This document shows, one piece after another, positions 48,727 through 61,958 of a DNA stretch of 64,000 nt; position 1 is the stretch's first letter, and every line of letters starts with the position of its first letter. The position numbers were made by a program, and so were the translations under genes. The notes under the pieces are model-generated. The model saw only the letters and a program-made list of their open reading frames with translations, did not search any database and was not told the origin of the DNA. This DNA comes from Eledone cirrhosa (Eukaryota): NCBI GenBank assembly GCA_964016885.1, contig OZ024745.1:31372001-31436000 (forward strand), read 5' to 3'.

Positions 48727-51700
48727 TATTATATCCATCATGTATAGGTGTATGGTTTAGTGGATAAGGTGTTTGGCTCATGATTGTAAGGTCATGAGTT
48801 CCATTCCTAGTGCCAGGTTGTGTCCCCTAGCAAGATATTTTATTTCACGTTACTCCAGTTCATTCCGCTGGCAAGAATCTGTTGTATCTAATAAAACAAA
48901 GAATCAACCTTGTCACACACTGATTCATATTGAATCTCCCTCAGAATTATGTTATGGGTATACATGTCTGTGGAATACTCAGCCACATTCATGTCAATTT
49001 CATGAGCAGGCCGTTCAATTGTTTTAACAACTAGAATACTTGTGTTCAGAAATGTCAGAGATCTAGTTTAAGATTCAAGTTATCCATCATGGATTATATT
49101 AGTTCTGCCTAGAGTGTCAAATACTCCTCAAAATATTGCAGGGAACTATTACAAAGAACACAAAACAGCTTACTTTGAAATCATTACAAGCTGTACACCG
49201 ACCACAATCATAAACCATTTACACAATGAAATAAAAATATTGAACATGAAAAAGCTTTTTGGTCACATGAAAGGAAGTTTGTTTTCATAGCCAGCTGAAG
49301 CCTATAAAGTTATTGCCACTACATGTAAAAAAAGAACATATTAATTCTTGAGCCAACAAAAGGACTACTGTGTGGTTGCTCAACCTGCTAGAAATATCAG
49401 CCAAATTTCCCTCAAATTATACCCTCCTCTCCTAAAAAAAGAAGGACATATTGAATAATGTATTCTTGGAAAATACAAGGGGATGGGATGGTCACGGCTG
49501 GAATGTCTTTGACCAAAAATCTACTCAATGAAGATTGATATGGTGCTAAAAAAAAAACCATTCCTTGTTTCTTAAATTGCATCCTTAACCCTTTTGATAC
49601 TAACCCTAACCCTAACCTGAAAACTCTGGTCCTGCAATTCTTAGGTGTTTATATTTTCTGAAAACCTTCCATCATAATTTCATGTAAGATCTTTTATTAA
49701 GTTATGTTCCCAACACCTACGTAATAATGAGAAAGTTAATTATATTACTAAATCACTTCAAATACTTGATTATTTTCAAAATGATATGGAAATCATAGGT
49801 AATGTTTTTCATTGTTAAAGAGCGCTCTTTTCTCCCTAGTTCCTAAACAGAAGCAAACTCTAACATTAACCATTCTCTTCACTTAGCTAACACAAATGTT
49901 CACTCTTATTTCCTGCATGTATATTCTAATTCATAAACTATGAACTATGTAGTAACTTAATAGATAAATATTTGGATTCTTGACTAAATAGAACAAGTTC
50001 AATTTTAGTTGTCTATTGAAGTTGAAAAAAAGTGTCAATGAATGAAATATCTTATTGAGTAAACACATTTAAATTAACCCTTTTGATACCAAACCACCTG
50101 AAACCACCTTCATTTTATGATACAAAATTGACTATTATAAAAATATTTAAACTATCCACCATAACTTTCTTTTTAAAAAATCTGCTGAGTAGTGTTCCAA
50201 ACAGCAGTTTACTAATGAAAACGTTAGTTTATTAAATTCCTCCAATTTTTTTTTTATTATTTTTCCACGTTAAAAAGAACATATATGCAATGTAATTTCA
50301 TTAGAAATATAACAAAAGGATTAAGTTATTCCTTGAAAGTTAATTTCGTTTTTTTGTTCACACATGGAATTCATAAACAGTACATTTTTCTGTTGTCAAA
50401 TCTGTAGCCCTTTAGCAAAATATCTGTATATTTTGTACACCAGTTAAGCATCAGTAACATTATGTTGTCTAGCTGACAAAATAGACTGACTTGTCTTTTC
50501 TATTTTGATATTGTAATTTCTATTCTTATCTTGGATGATCGCTGATAAGGAAAATAGACAACTAGTTTGGTTTGGTTTACTTTTTCTTATTATTTTCTTT
50601 AAGTTTATAATCATCTTTTTATTTTTGTCTATTTTCTATTCTTGTTATCCCTGAATACTCTTTGTGGTATTTCTGGTAATTATGGAATGCAAAAAGTCAG
50701 AGGCTCAACTCATTTATATAAGTTGTATGAACTGAATTTTGGCAGTCTGCTGTACTGGTATGTTTTCTGCTGCTGTTGTTGCAAGGCAAAACAGTATCAC
50801 AGCTAAATCCTCCATGTATCAATATCAACAAAATTAGAAATGGGAAAGAGAGGAGACACATATAAGCATACACACATTACATACATATATATATACACAT
50901 ACATATGCACTTACATACTTATAACGAGCATGATAATGTTAAAAACAATGTGATAAATGTAAGATGGTTTGTGTGTATGATTCACAAAATTTTGTGTTGC
51001 AAGTTAATTATGTTTTGATGAAAAGCCTGATAAAAAAGAGAAAATGAATGCATCTGTTTGTCTCAAACAGACTTATAAATTTTGTCAAATATTATATTGG
51101 AAACTATGTTCAAATCTTTGATTCATTTATGGAAATCATGAGGTTAACGATAAGAGAACCATGACAAATTGATGTGAAGCAAATTTATGAAATACAGACT
51201 GTGTGTGTATGTAGGTGTCTGCATAAAACAGAGACAGATAGGCTAATGATGTGAGTGAAGAATTTAGAGAGAGTAAGAAAGGACAGACATGACAGGCTGT
51301 CAGCTCTGCTACTAGCAAACTATGTGACCAAACGAGAGACTCTTTAATTTTCTGTTACTTGGTATGACCAGTCACTTGATATGACCAATCACAGAAGACT
51401 AAAAGTAAAATAATCACTGGAGCATATTATGGACTCTTTGTGCTTTTCAAAACTATTGAACTTTTAATCTCATGTGAGTGTTGTAGACTTTAATTCTTCT
51501 GGTTTGAGTATTCACTTGAACTTTGCATAATTAAGCTTATGAAAGCTATCAAAAAATCAAAGTTCACTCTTGCGATACCATATCAAAATTGGTAGAATAC
51601 ACATAACGTTGAGTGCTTTTTTCCTTATTACACTACGGTTTTGCTGATTTGAGTGACATAATCACAGCCCCAGCTACCAATTAGGCAACACTCTTTAACA

Positions 51701-52655
51701 CAAGTATATGTATACTATATAAGTGTATATATGTGTGTGTGTGTAGATAGAATATAGATACATAGGTATGTAGGTAGGTAGATAGATGGATTGGGTGGGT
51801 TGGTGAATTGGGTAAGGGAGGAGAGGGTAACAGCATAATTAGATGCTGCTATTTTGTGTATAAAATACCAACATGCTCAATATGTATTATGATGAATGCA
51901 TTCATTCAGTAAAAATAAAGAATTAGTAGAAATAAATATTCATTTTTACTTTTGTTGGAACAACATAAACTAAAGGAAGCAACCTACTATGGCTGACTCC
52001 TTTTGTATTTCTATTTTTTACTTGCCATTTCAAGGAGTTTTCTGTTGGCCAGGAACTTTTGGTACATGGCTGGGCACTAATTGTTCTGAGAAATTGATAC
52101 AGATTTGGAGCTCTGCTTTGACTGGGCCAATTTACAGACAGTTTCTTTCATTTCTACAAACTGAGGTCATCATTAAAAAGCTTCATTCTGTGTGGGCATT
52201 ATTGCATGAAATATACACATACCTTCTTCAGGTTTCTGAAAGAGGCCTCAGATTTAGAGAATACCTTAGAGATAGCATTCCTGTCTGCCATCTAAGGAAT
52301 ATGGATAATTGCCTGCACAATCCCATGGTCTTCATACAATTTATCCATATCAATATCTTGATAGCGAGGTCTTGACTGCACCTCAGAATTATACAAAAGA
52401 TATGGTACTTGTTTATCTCAATTTTGATACTTAGCTTTGTTTTTAGTAAAGTCTTAAGTACTTTATGGCTCTTCCATAGAAAACAATGAAGTCTGCTTTA
52501 CATTTAGATACATCTGGAATAAGCTAGTCAAGTTTGGTGTTTACTGCAAAGCCAAGTTTGTTTTTCAGTTCATACATAAGCTTAACCTTTTAGTATTTAC
52601 ATTACTCTCTATATACAGACTTAGTCCGAGTTACTTACCTATCTATATTCATATT

Positions 52656-52797
<142 letters not shown>

Positions 52798-53453
52798 ATC
52801 ATCATCATCATCATCATCACCGTTTTACGTCCGTTCTTCCACGCTAGCATGGGTTAGACGGGTTGTCCTGTTGTGGGCAGTGTCTGGTCGGCTGACCATG
52901 CCTTGCTCATACAGGAACTGATTTGGCTTGATTTCTACAGCTGGATGGCCTTCCTAACACCAACCTCATTTACAGTGAGTGCTGGGTGCTTTTTCGTGGC
53001 GCCTACACGTCCACTTTACAGTGTGGGCTGGGTGCTTTTTTGCCGTGGCACCTCCACGACCACCTTGCAGTGGGGGATGCGGGGGCATATTGTCTATATG
53101 CTTCAGCTTGTACCCATGGGAGGTCGGGTACTCTGTATTACTGCGTGACGCCAGAGGTCACGGTCGTGTGTCATCGCCTTTGAGAGGTGTAATTGGGTAA
53201 GGTCGGCTTTTATCACCTCATCCCAGGTCATCTTGGGTCTCCCCACTCCGCGGTTTCCATCGACTTCTAGTGCTATGCACCTTTTTATGCAGCTGTCATC
53301 CTTCATACGCATCACATGTCCATACCAACGCAACCGCCTCTCCTGCACACAGCATTTGATTCCTCTTATGCTCAGTCTCTCTCTCAATTCATTTATGCTT
53401 TGTCATTCGCGTATATTACACATCCATCGGAGCATACAGGCTTTGTTTCTCTC
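52798..53453 (-). mobile_element. RTE family C 3' fragment
   Basis: RRLRWYGHVMRMKDDSCIKRC...GRPKMTWDEVIK; 3' UTR matches 41045-41352; the 5' end abuts (TA)n. Confidence 0.9.
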
Positions 53454-53578
53454 TAATATATATATATATAGTAATAATACTATATATATATAGTAATAAT
53501 AATAAATTTGAAGACTAAAATCCAAAGAGGACTCGATAAGGATAAATATATATCAAATATATAAGAACCGTAGAGCAA

Positions 53579-53727
53579 ATATTTATTAAAATAACAGATT
53601 AAAGTTTAAGCAAAGAATCGCTGCTTTCACCCTTAACGGGATCACCTTTGTTGGTTTCAGAAGATCCAGTTAAGGGTGAAAGCAGCGATTCTTTGCTTAA
53701 ACTTTAATCTGTTATTTTAATAAATAT
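53579..53727. repeat. Fold-back element (65-bp arms, 1 mismatch, 19-nt loop) between (TA)n tracts, with degenerate hammerhead-like motif
   Basis: Arms 53579-53643 and 53663-53727; contains GA-TCC(C/A)GTTAAGGGT-GAAA. The first 17 nt of the arm are repeated again at 53738-53755. Confidence 0.9.
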
Positions 53728-53778
53728 ATATATATATATATTTATTAAAATAACATATATATATATATATCAAATTGA

Positions 53779-55146
53779 TCAGTTTGGGTTTGTGTCAGGT
53801 AAAAGTACCACAGATGCTCTTTTCCTTATACGACAATTACAGGAGAAGTACCTAGCTAAAAGTAAACCCCTCTACTTAGCTTTTGTAGACCTGGAGAAAG
53901 CCTGTGACAGAGTCCCTCGCTCCATTATCTGGTGGGCTCTTAGAAAACTAGGTGTAGATGAATGGCTTGTGAGAGCTATACAAGCCATGTATAAAGAAAC
54001 AGTCAGTAAGGTTAGAATTAACAATGAATATAGTGAAGGATTTAGTGTAAAAGTTGGTGTTCATCAAGGCTCGGTCCTTAGCCCCCTCCTATTTATTATT
54101 GCCCTTCAGACTATAATAGAGGAGTTTAAGACCGACTGCCCATGGGAACTCCTATACGCAGATGATCTAACTCTCATAGCAGTGGTGGAGGGTGTTCTGA
54201 AAGTACAGTAACCAGAGTCAGAACGGGATGGAAAAAGTTCAGAGAGCTTATACCGCTGTTGGCCACAAAAGGTTTCTCTCTAAAAATGAAAGGCAGATTG
54301 TATGATGCCTGCATACGAACAGCAATGCTATATAGCAGTGAGATATGGGCATTGCGTGCAGAGGACCTGTGTAGACTGGAAAGGAATGAAGCATGCATGC
54401 TCCGTTGGATGTGTAATAGTAATATACATGAACGGCAAAACATAAATGAACTAAGTGAGAAATTAGGATTAAGAGGGATCAGATGCTGTTTACGTGAGAG
54501 AAGACTACGTTGGTATGGTCACGTGATGCGCATGAAAGACGACAGCTGTATAAAAAAGTGCAGGGTGATCAAAATTGATAGAAGTTACGGCGTAGGCAGA
54601 CCCAGAAAAACCTGGGACGATCTGATAAATTCCAACCTTACACACTTACACCTCTCCAAGACAATATCACTGGACCGAGATCTTTGGTGCTATGCAGTAA
54701 TACAGAAGACCCGCCTTGCCTATGTACAAAGCAAAACCTACAGTCAGTAGGCACCTCTTAACCAAATATACACCCCAATCCACTACCCTTACCCTATCCT
54801 CCCACTCCCACCAACACCACCCTCTCTCTGTAAAGTTGGTACCACAACATCCAGTCCAAATAAATGAGATAATAAGATCGAGATCGAGATCATGTAGGTG
54901 TCACAAAATAAAAAACACAGTCCACGGTGTAATATGGCCGTGTAGGTAATAGGGTAAAAAGTTCCCAGTCCACACTGTAAATGTGGTTGGTGTTAGGAAG
55001 GGCATCCAGCCGTAGAAAGCCTGCCAGATAGTCCTATATGAGCGAGACACGGTCACCCGACCAACCTTGCCTCAAGTTGGCACAACTCCCGTCTAACCCA
55101 TGCTAGCGTGGAAGATGGACTTTAAACGATGATGATGATGATGATG
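53779..55146 (+). mobile_element. RTE family A-like copy, 5'-truncated, with internal deletion at 54180
   Basis: QFGFVSGKSTTD...YADDLTLIA joined directly to the SGGGCSE-coding segment; 3' UTR and (GAT)n tail. Confidence 0.92.
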
Positions 55147-56234
55147 AAAGTCAAAGAAAGAAAAAAAAGAATAGTGAAAGACAAATTCAAAATAAATGCC
55201 TCAGCTGTGATAAAAATTATCAAATAGACATGAAAAATAGAAGCAAAACAGAAAAATTATTAATTCTTCATACAGCTAGGCTTTCATAGTCGATATATTT
55301 TTCAAAATATAACTGTCCAAACAGTTTGGAATTCAGCAAGTATGATGCAGATATGAATGTGAAACATTGGACATAATAACCAGTGTAAATTGTGATGTGT
55401 ATCAAACCTGTAAATCTGAAAAAGAGAAACAGGTCAAATATTTGCAAAGGGAATGTGAGTGTAAGAGAATAAAGCTATGACAAGCCATCTGAAAGCTAGC
55501 TAAAGCTAAGAGAGCAGTCACTGACTTTTTCACCTTTTAATAACCTGAAGGTTGCCTCATGCTACATTTGGTGAATTTCAAGGGTTTGGTGCCAAAATTA
55601 ATGAATATTGATACAATATAAAAATATGCTATAGTTTTGTACAGTAACAAAACTGACTAATGTGTGATTTTGCTACATTATCTGCCACTCTAGATTGCTG
55701 AGAAAACAAGCAATCGATATAAGAAGGGTAATGTAAGTGAAATTTTAGTGCCACTGGCATATGGATTGCTTTACTGGGATTGAGATATGGGCTGGTTGAA
55801 AATATATGGAATGTAAAATAGCTTCAACACAGTTTTGTAGCTACATGTCGAAGTGGGTCTGAACAGTTGAGACCAATTCAACTAATTTGTATGAAAATAG
55901 CTGTGACCTTGGGGTGCAGCTTTATTATTGTATATGAAATGCTGTTCTGCATATCCCAAGTCAATATTAAAATGTAACCAGAAAGTAAAAGTTATCCTTA
56001 GAAAGTTTTGGTATGTTGTTGTTTGATTAGCTCTTGTAATTTTAGGTCTTGTGTAAGAAATAATAAAGAACTTATGAATGAAGGATATTTTAACCCATAC
56101 TGTCTAGCCTGTGTTATCAAGTAAAAGAAATATTAAAAGAAATGGTGATTTATTACTGAAATTCTCCAACCTAGTCCTGCTTGGAAATACTCATAGCACA
56201 AAGGTAATCAATTGACCATTTGAAAATAACCTTA

Positions 56235-56690
56235 CTGCAGTCCCTCAATCTGTGCCATGCAAGACAATGTCCCCAAGGACCGAGGATGGAGGTCGATGTC
56301 AGTCACGCTCATAACAAAACAATAAACAATAAAGTGAATATTATATCATTTTATTATTAATTTAATTATTACATTTATACTGTAAATGGGACTAAACTCA
56401 ACATAATGCAGAATCAATGGGAGCCCTGAGCTTGTTTGCTTGCAACCAGACAGTCCCATCAAGGGGTAATGGCAGACTGTGACACTTTATGTCCAGTCTA
56501 CTCCGTAGTCTCATTTTGGTTGCTGTCACTGCAGAAAACCCTACTTCACAAAGATACAATGTTGGAAATGGAAGCAAGATTTTCAATGCTTTTGTGGCAA
56601 TCTATGGATATTCCACCTTTACTCTCTCCTTTATTCTTTCTGTGCCACTCAGTACCAAATAGTTCATGGCCCAGTGGTTAGGGACCACTG
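56235..56690 (-). mobile_element. hAT/Charlie-type DNA transposon deletion derivative
   Basis: Minus-strand KILLPFPTLYLCEVGFSAVTATKMRLRSRLDI is a hAT C-terminal dimerisation motif; TIR-like CAGTGGTCCCTAACC at 56690 and degenerate CTGCAGTCCCTCAATC at 56235. No clean 8-bp TSD. Confidence 0.82.
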
Positions 56691-57264
56691 TACCAGATAG
56701 CTAGATAGGACATACTTCATTCTAGTGTATGATCACATTTGACACTCAGTCATACAGTATTGTGTTGAGGATAAGATTCTGTGAGGTAATATATTGGAAT
56801 GATTTCATTGTCTGCTGATTGTAAGTATTGATGTTAGCTAATAACAGTAATCCTGACATTTGTCATGACTGCTCTTTAAGGTTAACTGATTCTTTAGAAT
56901 TACCTTTGTTTAAGTCTGCCCCACTCACCCCCATCCACCACAGTCAGTACTTTCCTCTGAGTTCATTAACCAAAGATATGGTAGCTTGTAAAGCTTTTTG
57001 AACTAATTGTTAGTGAGTCAGTTTTTAAAATATCAGTTAAGAACTTTATATAGTCATGAAATGAATTGACTTTATTTTCTATCTATTGTTATTTAAAGCC
57101 AAATAAATGTAATTGCATTACTTCTAATAATAGCACTGTCAAATACTTGTCATGACACAACAGATAAAGACATAAATTATATACATGCTTATTTACTCCT
57201 AATCTTATATGTTATGATTGAGCTACTGTAGATGTTTTGTCTAATTTGACTCTTTCCTAAAATA

Positions 57265-57745
57265 ACTAGAAAAGAAATTACGAGTATGGAAACTGAATTT
57301 GGAATCAAAAGGTCTGAGAGTAAACTTAGCCAAAACTAAAGTGCTAGTGAGTAGAAAAGAAGATAGGACCCAGTCTCCCTTAGTGAAGTGCTTACTCCTT
57401 TTCTACATATTGATATGTAGAAAAGGAGTAGGCAAAACTCCATACAATGTACTCAATGTAAATCTTAGGTACACAAAAGATGTAGTGGGATAATGAATAG
57501 ACTAACAGGAAGGGAGAACTTTGCTTGTAGAAGATGCACTGGAGTAATTGAGAGAAAGAATGGCAGTGATATAAACCTCTTCAAGTCACAGGAAGGATCC
57601 ATAGAAGTGGTTGATAGCTTCTGCTATCTAGATGACTTAATTAACAGAGAAGGGGGGTGCTCTGAGAGCATAATAGCTAGAATAAGGATAGGATGGAAGA
57701 AGTTAGAACTGCTCCCACTGTTGACAAGAAAAGGTTTCTTCTACA
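57265..57745 (+). mobile_element. Degenerate internal RTE fragment
   Basis: LESKGLRVNLAKTKVLVSRKE...GSIEVVDSFCYL...IARIRIGWKK with frameshifts. Confidence 0.8.
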
Positions 57746-57925
57746 AGTGACGATATGTGACTCAGGTTCAATTCTAAACTAAGCTATTTCACAACAAATT
57801 AACCATCATACTAATGAAGTACACCTATGTTGAAAGCCTGAAGAAGGGAAAGTTTGTCTCACTTCCTTAACACCCCTTGACATAGCCATTAGATGTCAAA
57901 CCATTTTCTAATGATTAAAATTTAG

Positions 57926-58522
57926 ATGCGCATGAAAGATGACAGCTGTATAAAAAAAATGCAGGGCGATCAAAATAGATGGAAACTACGGAGTAGGCAG
58001 ACCCAGAAAAACCTGGGACGACTTGATAAATTCCGACTTCACACACTTACACCTCTCCAAGACAATGTCACTGAACCGATATCTTTGGCGCTATGCAGTA
58101 ATACAGAAGATCCGCCTTGCCTAAGTACAAAGCGAAACCTACAGTCAGTAGGCACCTCCTAACCAAAAATACACCCCCATCCCACTACCCCTACCACCAC
58201 CCCCATCTACACCACCCCTTTCTCTGTAAAGTTATGTTGGTGCCACAACATCCAGTCCTAAATAAATGAGGTTGTGTAGGTGTCACGACAAAAAAACACA
58301 CAGTCCACGCTGTAATGTGGCCGTGTAGGTAACACGGTAAAAACCTCCCAGTCCACACTGTAAACGTGGTTGGTGTTAGGAAGGGTATCCAGCCGTAGAA
58401 AACCTGCCAGACAGTCCTATGCGAGCAAGACAACCAATCCTGCCTCACGGGGGACAAATCCCGTCTAAACCCATTCTAGCGTGGAAGATAGACGTTAAAC
58501 GATGATGATGATGATGATGATG
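57926..58522 (+). mobile_element. RTE family A 3' fragment
   Basis: MRMKDDSCIKK...; full 3' UTR and (GAT)n tail. Confidence 0.9.
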
Positions 58523-59194
58523 AGATATTTTCATTCATTAACTTATTGTGCACACGCACACACACCTGCACACACGCATGCAAGCGCGCACGCACACACA
58601 CCCGCACACACGCATGCAAGCGCGCACACACACACACACACACACACAGAGTTTCTTTCAAAAGGTGAGATACATCAAATACAGAGGTTGAACATAAATT
58701 TTTCATAATGGCAATTGTAATTTATTACCTCATTCGTTTTTTCTGTCATGAGTTTTATTATATATTTTCCCAGATATAATGTATCTGTAAATATATTCTC
58801 TAATATTTTGCTTTAAATAAGAAAAGACAAGGTTTCAGCCATTTGACTGATCTGCAGCCCAATCATACTGGGGCAATATCTTAACACTTTCATTACCAAG
58901 TGGAGATGTCTGACGTTCTTGGCCCCCAGACCATATCCTTACTTACTGCCATCGAAGTGGAGTTGGCACCCATAGGTGCTAGCCCTGCGAGGTAGAGTAG
59001 CTGTATCAGCGTGTCTCCCTCGCTGTCCTCCGAGGCAATGCATTCTCCATCCTGTCAGCTGGGACCCAGTGGCAGAAGCAAGTTAGTTGGTGGTGGAGAA
59101 TACTCATTTCAACGTCACTTCAACAACTAAAGTATATTTACATACAAAGTATTCCTAGTGATTACCCCCCCCCCCCTCATCACAACTATTAAAC

Positions 59195-59497
59195 TTTCAT
59201 TACCAGAAAATAGTACAGCTCCTATGACTTCCAGAATCATTTTTTTCATGCTCAGAGATGCTGAAGCATAGAACAAATTACCTGCACCTGTTGTTAGCTG
59301 TCGGGACACTGCATCCTTCAAAACTTCCATGCTTCCTAAAATTCGCCAACATTACACCTGATATTCTCCTTCCATACCCGTGTATGCACTGTTCACTTTC
59401 CTGACATTTGTACATTATTCTATGTACTATACATGCACCTTTCATGAGTTGTAGTGCACCTGAGCATTGTACACAATAATTTTCATAATTATTATTA
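59195..59497 (+). mobile_element. CR1-clade 3' fragment
   Basis: Collinear with 47447-47780. Confidence 0.75.
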
Positions 59498-59527
59498 TTT
59501 TATATTTTTAATGAAATGCATTGCTTA

Positions 59528-59701
59528 TACAAAGGTCGGCTGAAAAGTTCATAGGCTGACTAAGATACACTCATGGAATAACCAAATGAGGTCTATTTTT
59601 TAACATAGTCCCTTGGAAAGAAACAATGCAGTTATTAGTAAGAAGAGTTGAAATTAATGCATGCAAGATTTCACAGCTCTAGCATCACACCGCCATAGTC
59701 A
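59528..59701. mobile_element. Mariner-type MITE, right TIR truncated
   Basis: TACAAAGGTCGGCTGAAAAGTTCATAGGCTGAC start; body as 17633-17805. Confidence 0.75.
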
Positions 59702-59778
59702 AATATCAAGTACTCCTTATAGTTGGTAATCAAAAAGAGCTAGTGAGACAGGGAATAATAATAATAATAATAATAATA

Positions 59779-61525
59779 AAAGGCATTCGACATGGTACCT
59801 CATTCATGGATAGCCAAAAGCCTAAAGATCTTCAAGGTGGCAGATAACATCAGACAGTTGTTGAGCAAAAGTATGAAGTCCTGGGAAACAGAGTTAACAT
59901 TGGGTGGAGAATCCTTGGGAGGCGTGAAGATCAAGAGAGGTATCTTCCAGGGAGATAGTTTGTCCCCTCTGTTGTTTGTCCTTGCCCTGATACCCCTGAC
60001 CATTATACTGCGGATACAAGTTGGGAAAAGGAGAGCTTACCATCAACCACCTCCTCTTCATGGACGATCTTAAACTCTTTGAGAAGAGTGAGAAGGAGTT
60101 GGATGTACTTGTTGACACTGTCCGTATTTTCAGCAATGATATATGTATGGAATTTGGTATTAGTAAGTGTGGAGTCCTAGTGATGTAAATTGAGCAGAAG
60201 CAACGGAATCCAGGTACCAACGGGTGAGATGATAAAGGAAATTGACACTGAAGAAGGATACAAATATTTAGGTGTTCAGGAGGCAGATGACATCAAGAAC
60301 AAAAAGGAATTGATAAGATCTGAATACATTAGGAGAGTAAGGAGCGTATTAAAATCACATCTAAATAGTAGGAATGTCATAAATGCAGTGAATTCCCGCG
60401 CTGTGTCTATTATTAGGTACAGTGTGGGAATTCTGAAATGGAATGTTGCTGAACAAAAAGAAATGGATAGGAAGACTAAGAAGCTATTGACTATCTACAA
60501 TATGTTCCACAAGAGGAGTGATGTCGATAGACTCTACTTAAAGAGATCTGAAGGTGGAAGAGGTCTTATCAGCATAGAGGACAGTGTTCAGATGGAGAAA
60601 AACAACCTGCACAAATACATGACTGACAGTAGGGAACCAATGCTCAGAATTGTACTGAAGGAGAGGACAATAGACCAGGGGATGTCCAAGGAGGAAGAGT
60701 AACCTTCATGAAAAATCCCTTCATAGTACCTTCTTTGAGAAAACTGAATTTAGAGATCCACAGACATGGAACTGGTTAAAAAGAGGAGACCTTAAAAAGG
60801 CTACAGAAGGAATGCTAATGGCTGCGCAAAAGCAGGCTCTCAGAACGAAGTTGGTGAAACACCATATTTACAAGGAGGAGACTAGCCCACTGTGTAGGAT
60901 CTGTGGAGAGAGAGAGGAGACTGTGGCTCACATTGTATTCGAGTGTAAACACCTAGCCCAGACTCACTATAAAGGCTGGAGACATGATGTGATGGGTAGG
61001 GTGATCCACTGACACCTATGCAAAGTAAACAATTTACCACATTCTGAGAAGTGGTATGAGCATAAGCCAGAGTCGGTGATAGAAAACGATCAGGTGAAGG
61101 TGCTATGGGATTTTAGGATACAGACGGACAAGAAACTGGAACACAGTGGTTTGGGACAAGGAACAAAGATTGTGCCTGATTGTAGATGTAGCCTGCCCAT
61201 TTGACACGTGAGTGCAAGAAAAGGTGAGGGAGAAAATTAACCGATACCAGGACTTAAAGTGGGAGGTAAAAATGATTTGGAACTGCCATGAAGTCAGAGT
61301 CATTCCGATTGTCATAGGCGCACTAGGTACTATCTCAAAGAGTTTCCACGGATGGTTAAAGAAAATTAGTCCAGCCCCGCTTTTTGGAACACTTCAAAAG
61401 GCATGCTTGCTGGGAACAGCAAGAACCCTCCGATACGTCCTGAATATCTGAGGCTGCAGGTAGCGGCTTGATATTCATTTCAACAAACTTTCCAGTTAAA
61501 TAACATCAATGACTGAGACTCAAAG
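59779..61525 (+). mobile_element. 5'-truncated RLE-type non-LTR element (R4/Dong-like), decayed
   Basis: RT: KAFDMVPHSWI, GIFQGDSLSPLLF, HLLFMDDLKLF, YKYLGVQE, RSEGGRGL. CCHC knuckle CRICGEREETVAHIVFEC plus RHD. Endonuclease EKINRYQDL...VIPIVIGALG. Flanked by (TAA)n at 59753-59778 and 61527-61549. Confidence 0.88.
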
Positions 61526-61548
61526 AATAATAATAATAATAATAATAA

Positions 61549-61790
61549 TATAAAGATCTGCTTATTGAAATTGAGAAAATGTGGCACCTCAAGGCCGTTA
61601 CAATACCAGTGATTGTGGGAGGACTGGGAATGATCAAGAAAGGAACAGAACAATATTTGTGAATGATTCCTGGTTTACCCTCTCTGCACGAGGAGCAAAA
61701 AATTGTTTTAACTGGTACTGCACACGTATTGAGAAGAGCACTATCTCTGTAAGATTGATATCCCTCCTTGTATTTACATATGCATATGCA
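61549..61790 (+). mobile_element. 3' tip of a second R4/Dong-like element in the same (TAA)n tract
   Basis: YKDLLIEIEKMWHLKAVTIPVIVGGLGMIKKG...QKIVLTGTAHVLRRALSL*, paralogous to the C-terminus at 61245-61451. Confidence 0.75.
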
Positions 61791-61958
61791 CATGTGTATA
61801 TATGTATACTGTTTTTTTTTTGTTTTTTTTTAATTATAATCAATGTGCTGTATCAACTGGCTTACCAATGCACACTGTGAATTTATTTGCTCTTGGTGTC
61901 AGGAAGACACTCGGCATATATCTCAGAAACAATAATGAAAGAAAATAAAAATAACAAT

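Noticed and set aside
49601-49617. (TAACCC)x3 telomere-like repeat
   Set aside because: Under three full units, adjacent to the start of a TTAACCCTTTTGATAC MITE-like end; too short to call an interstitial telomere.
51989-52375. 128-aa ORF as a possible further F-box exon
   Set aside because: No LRR pattern and no convincing phase-2 acceptor/donor pair.
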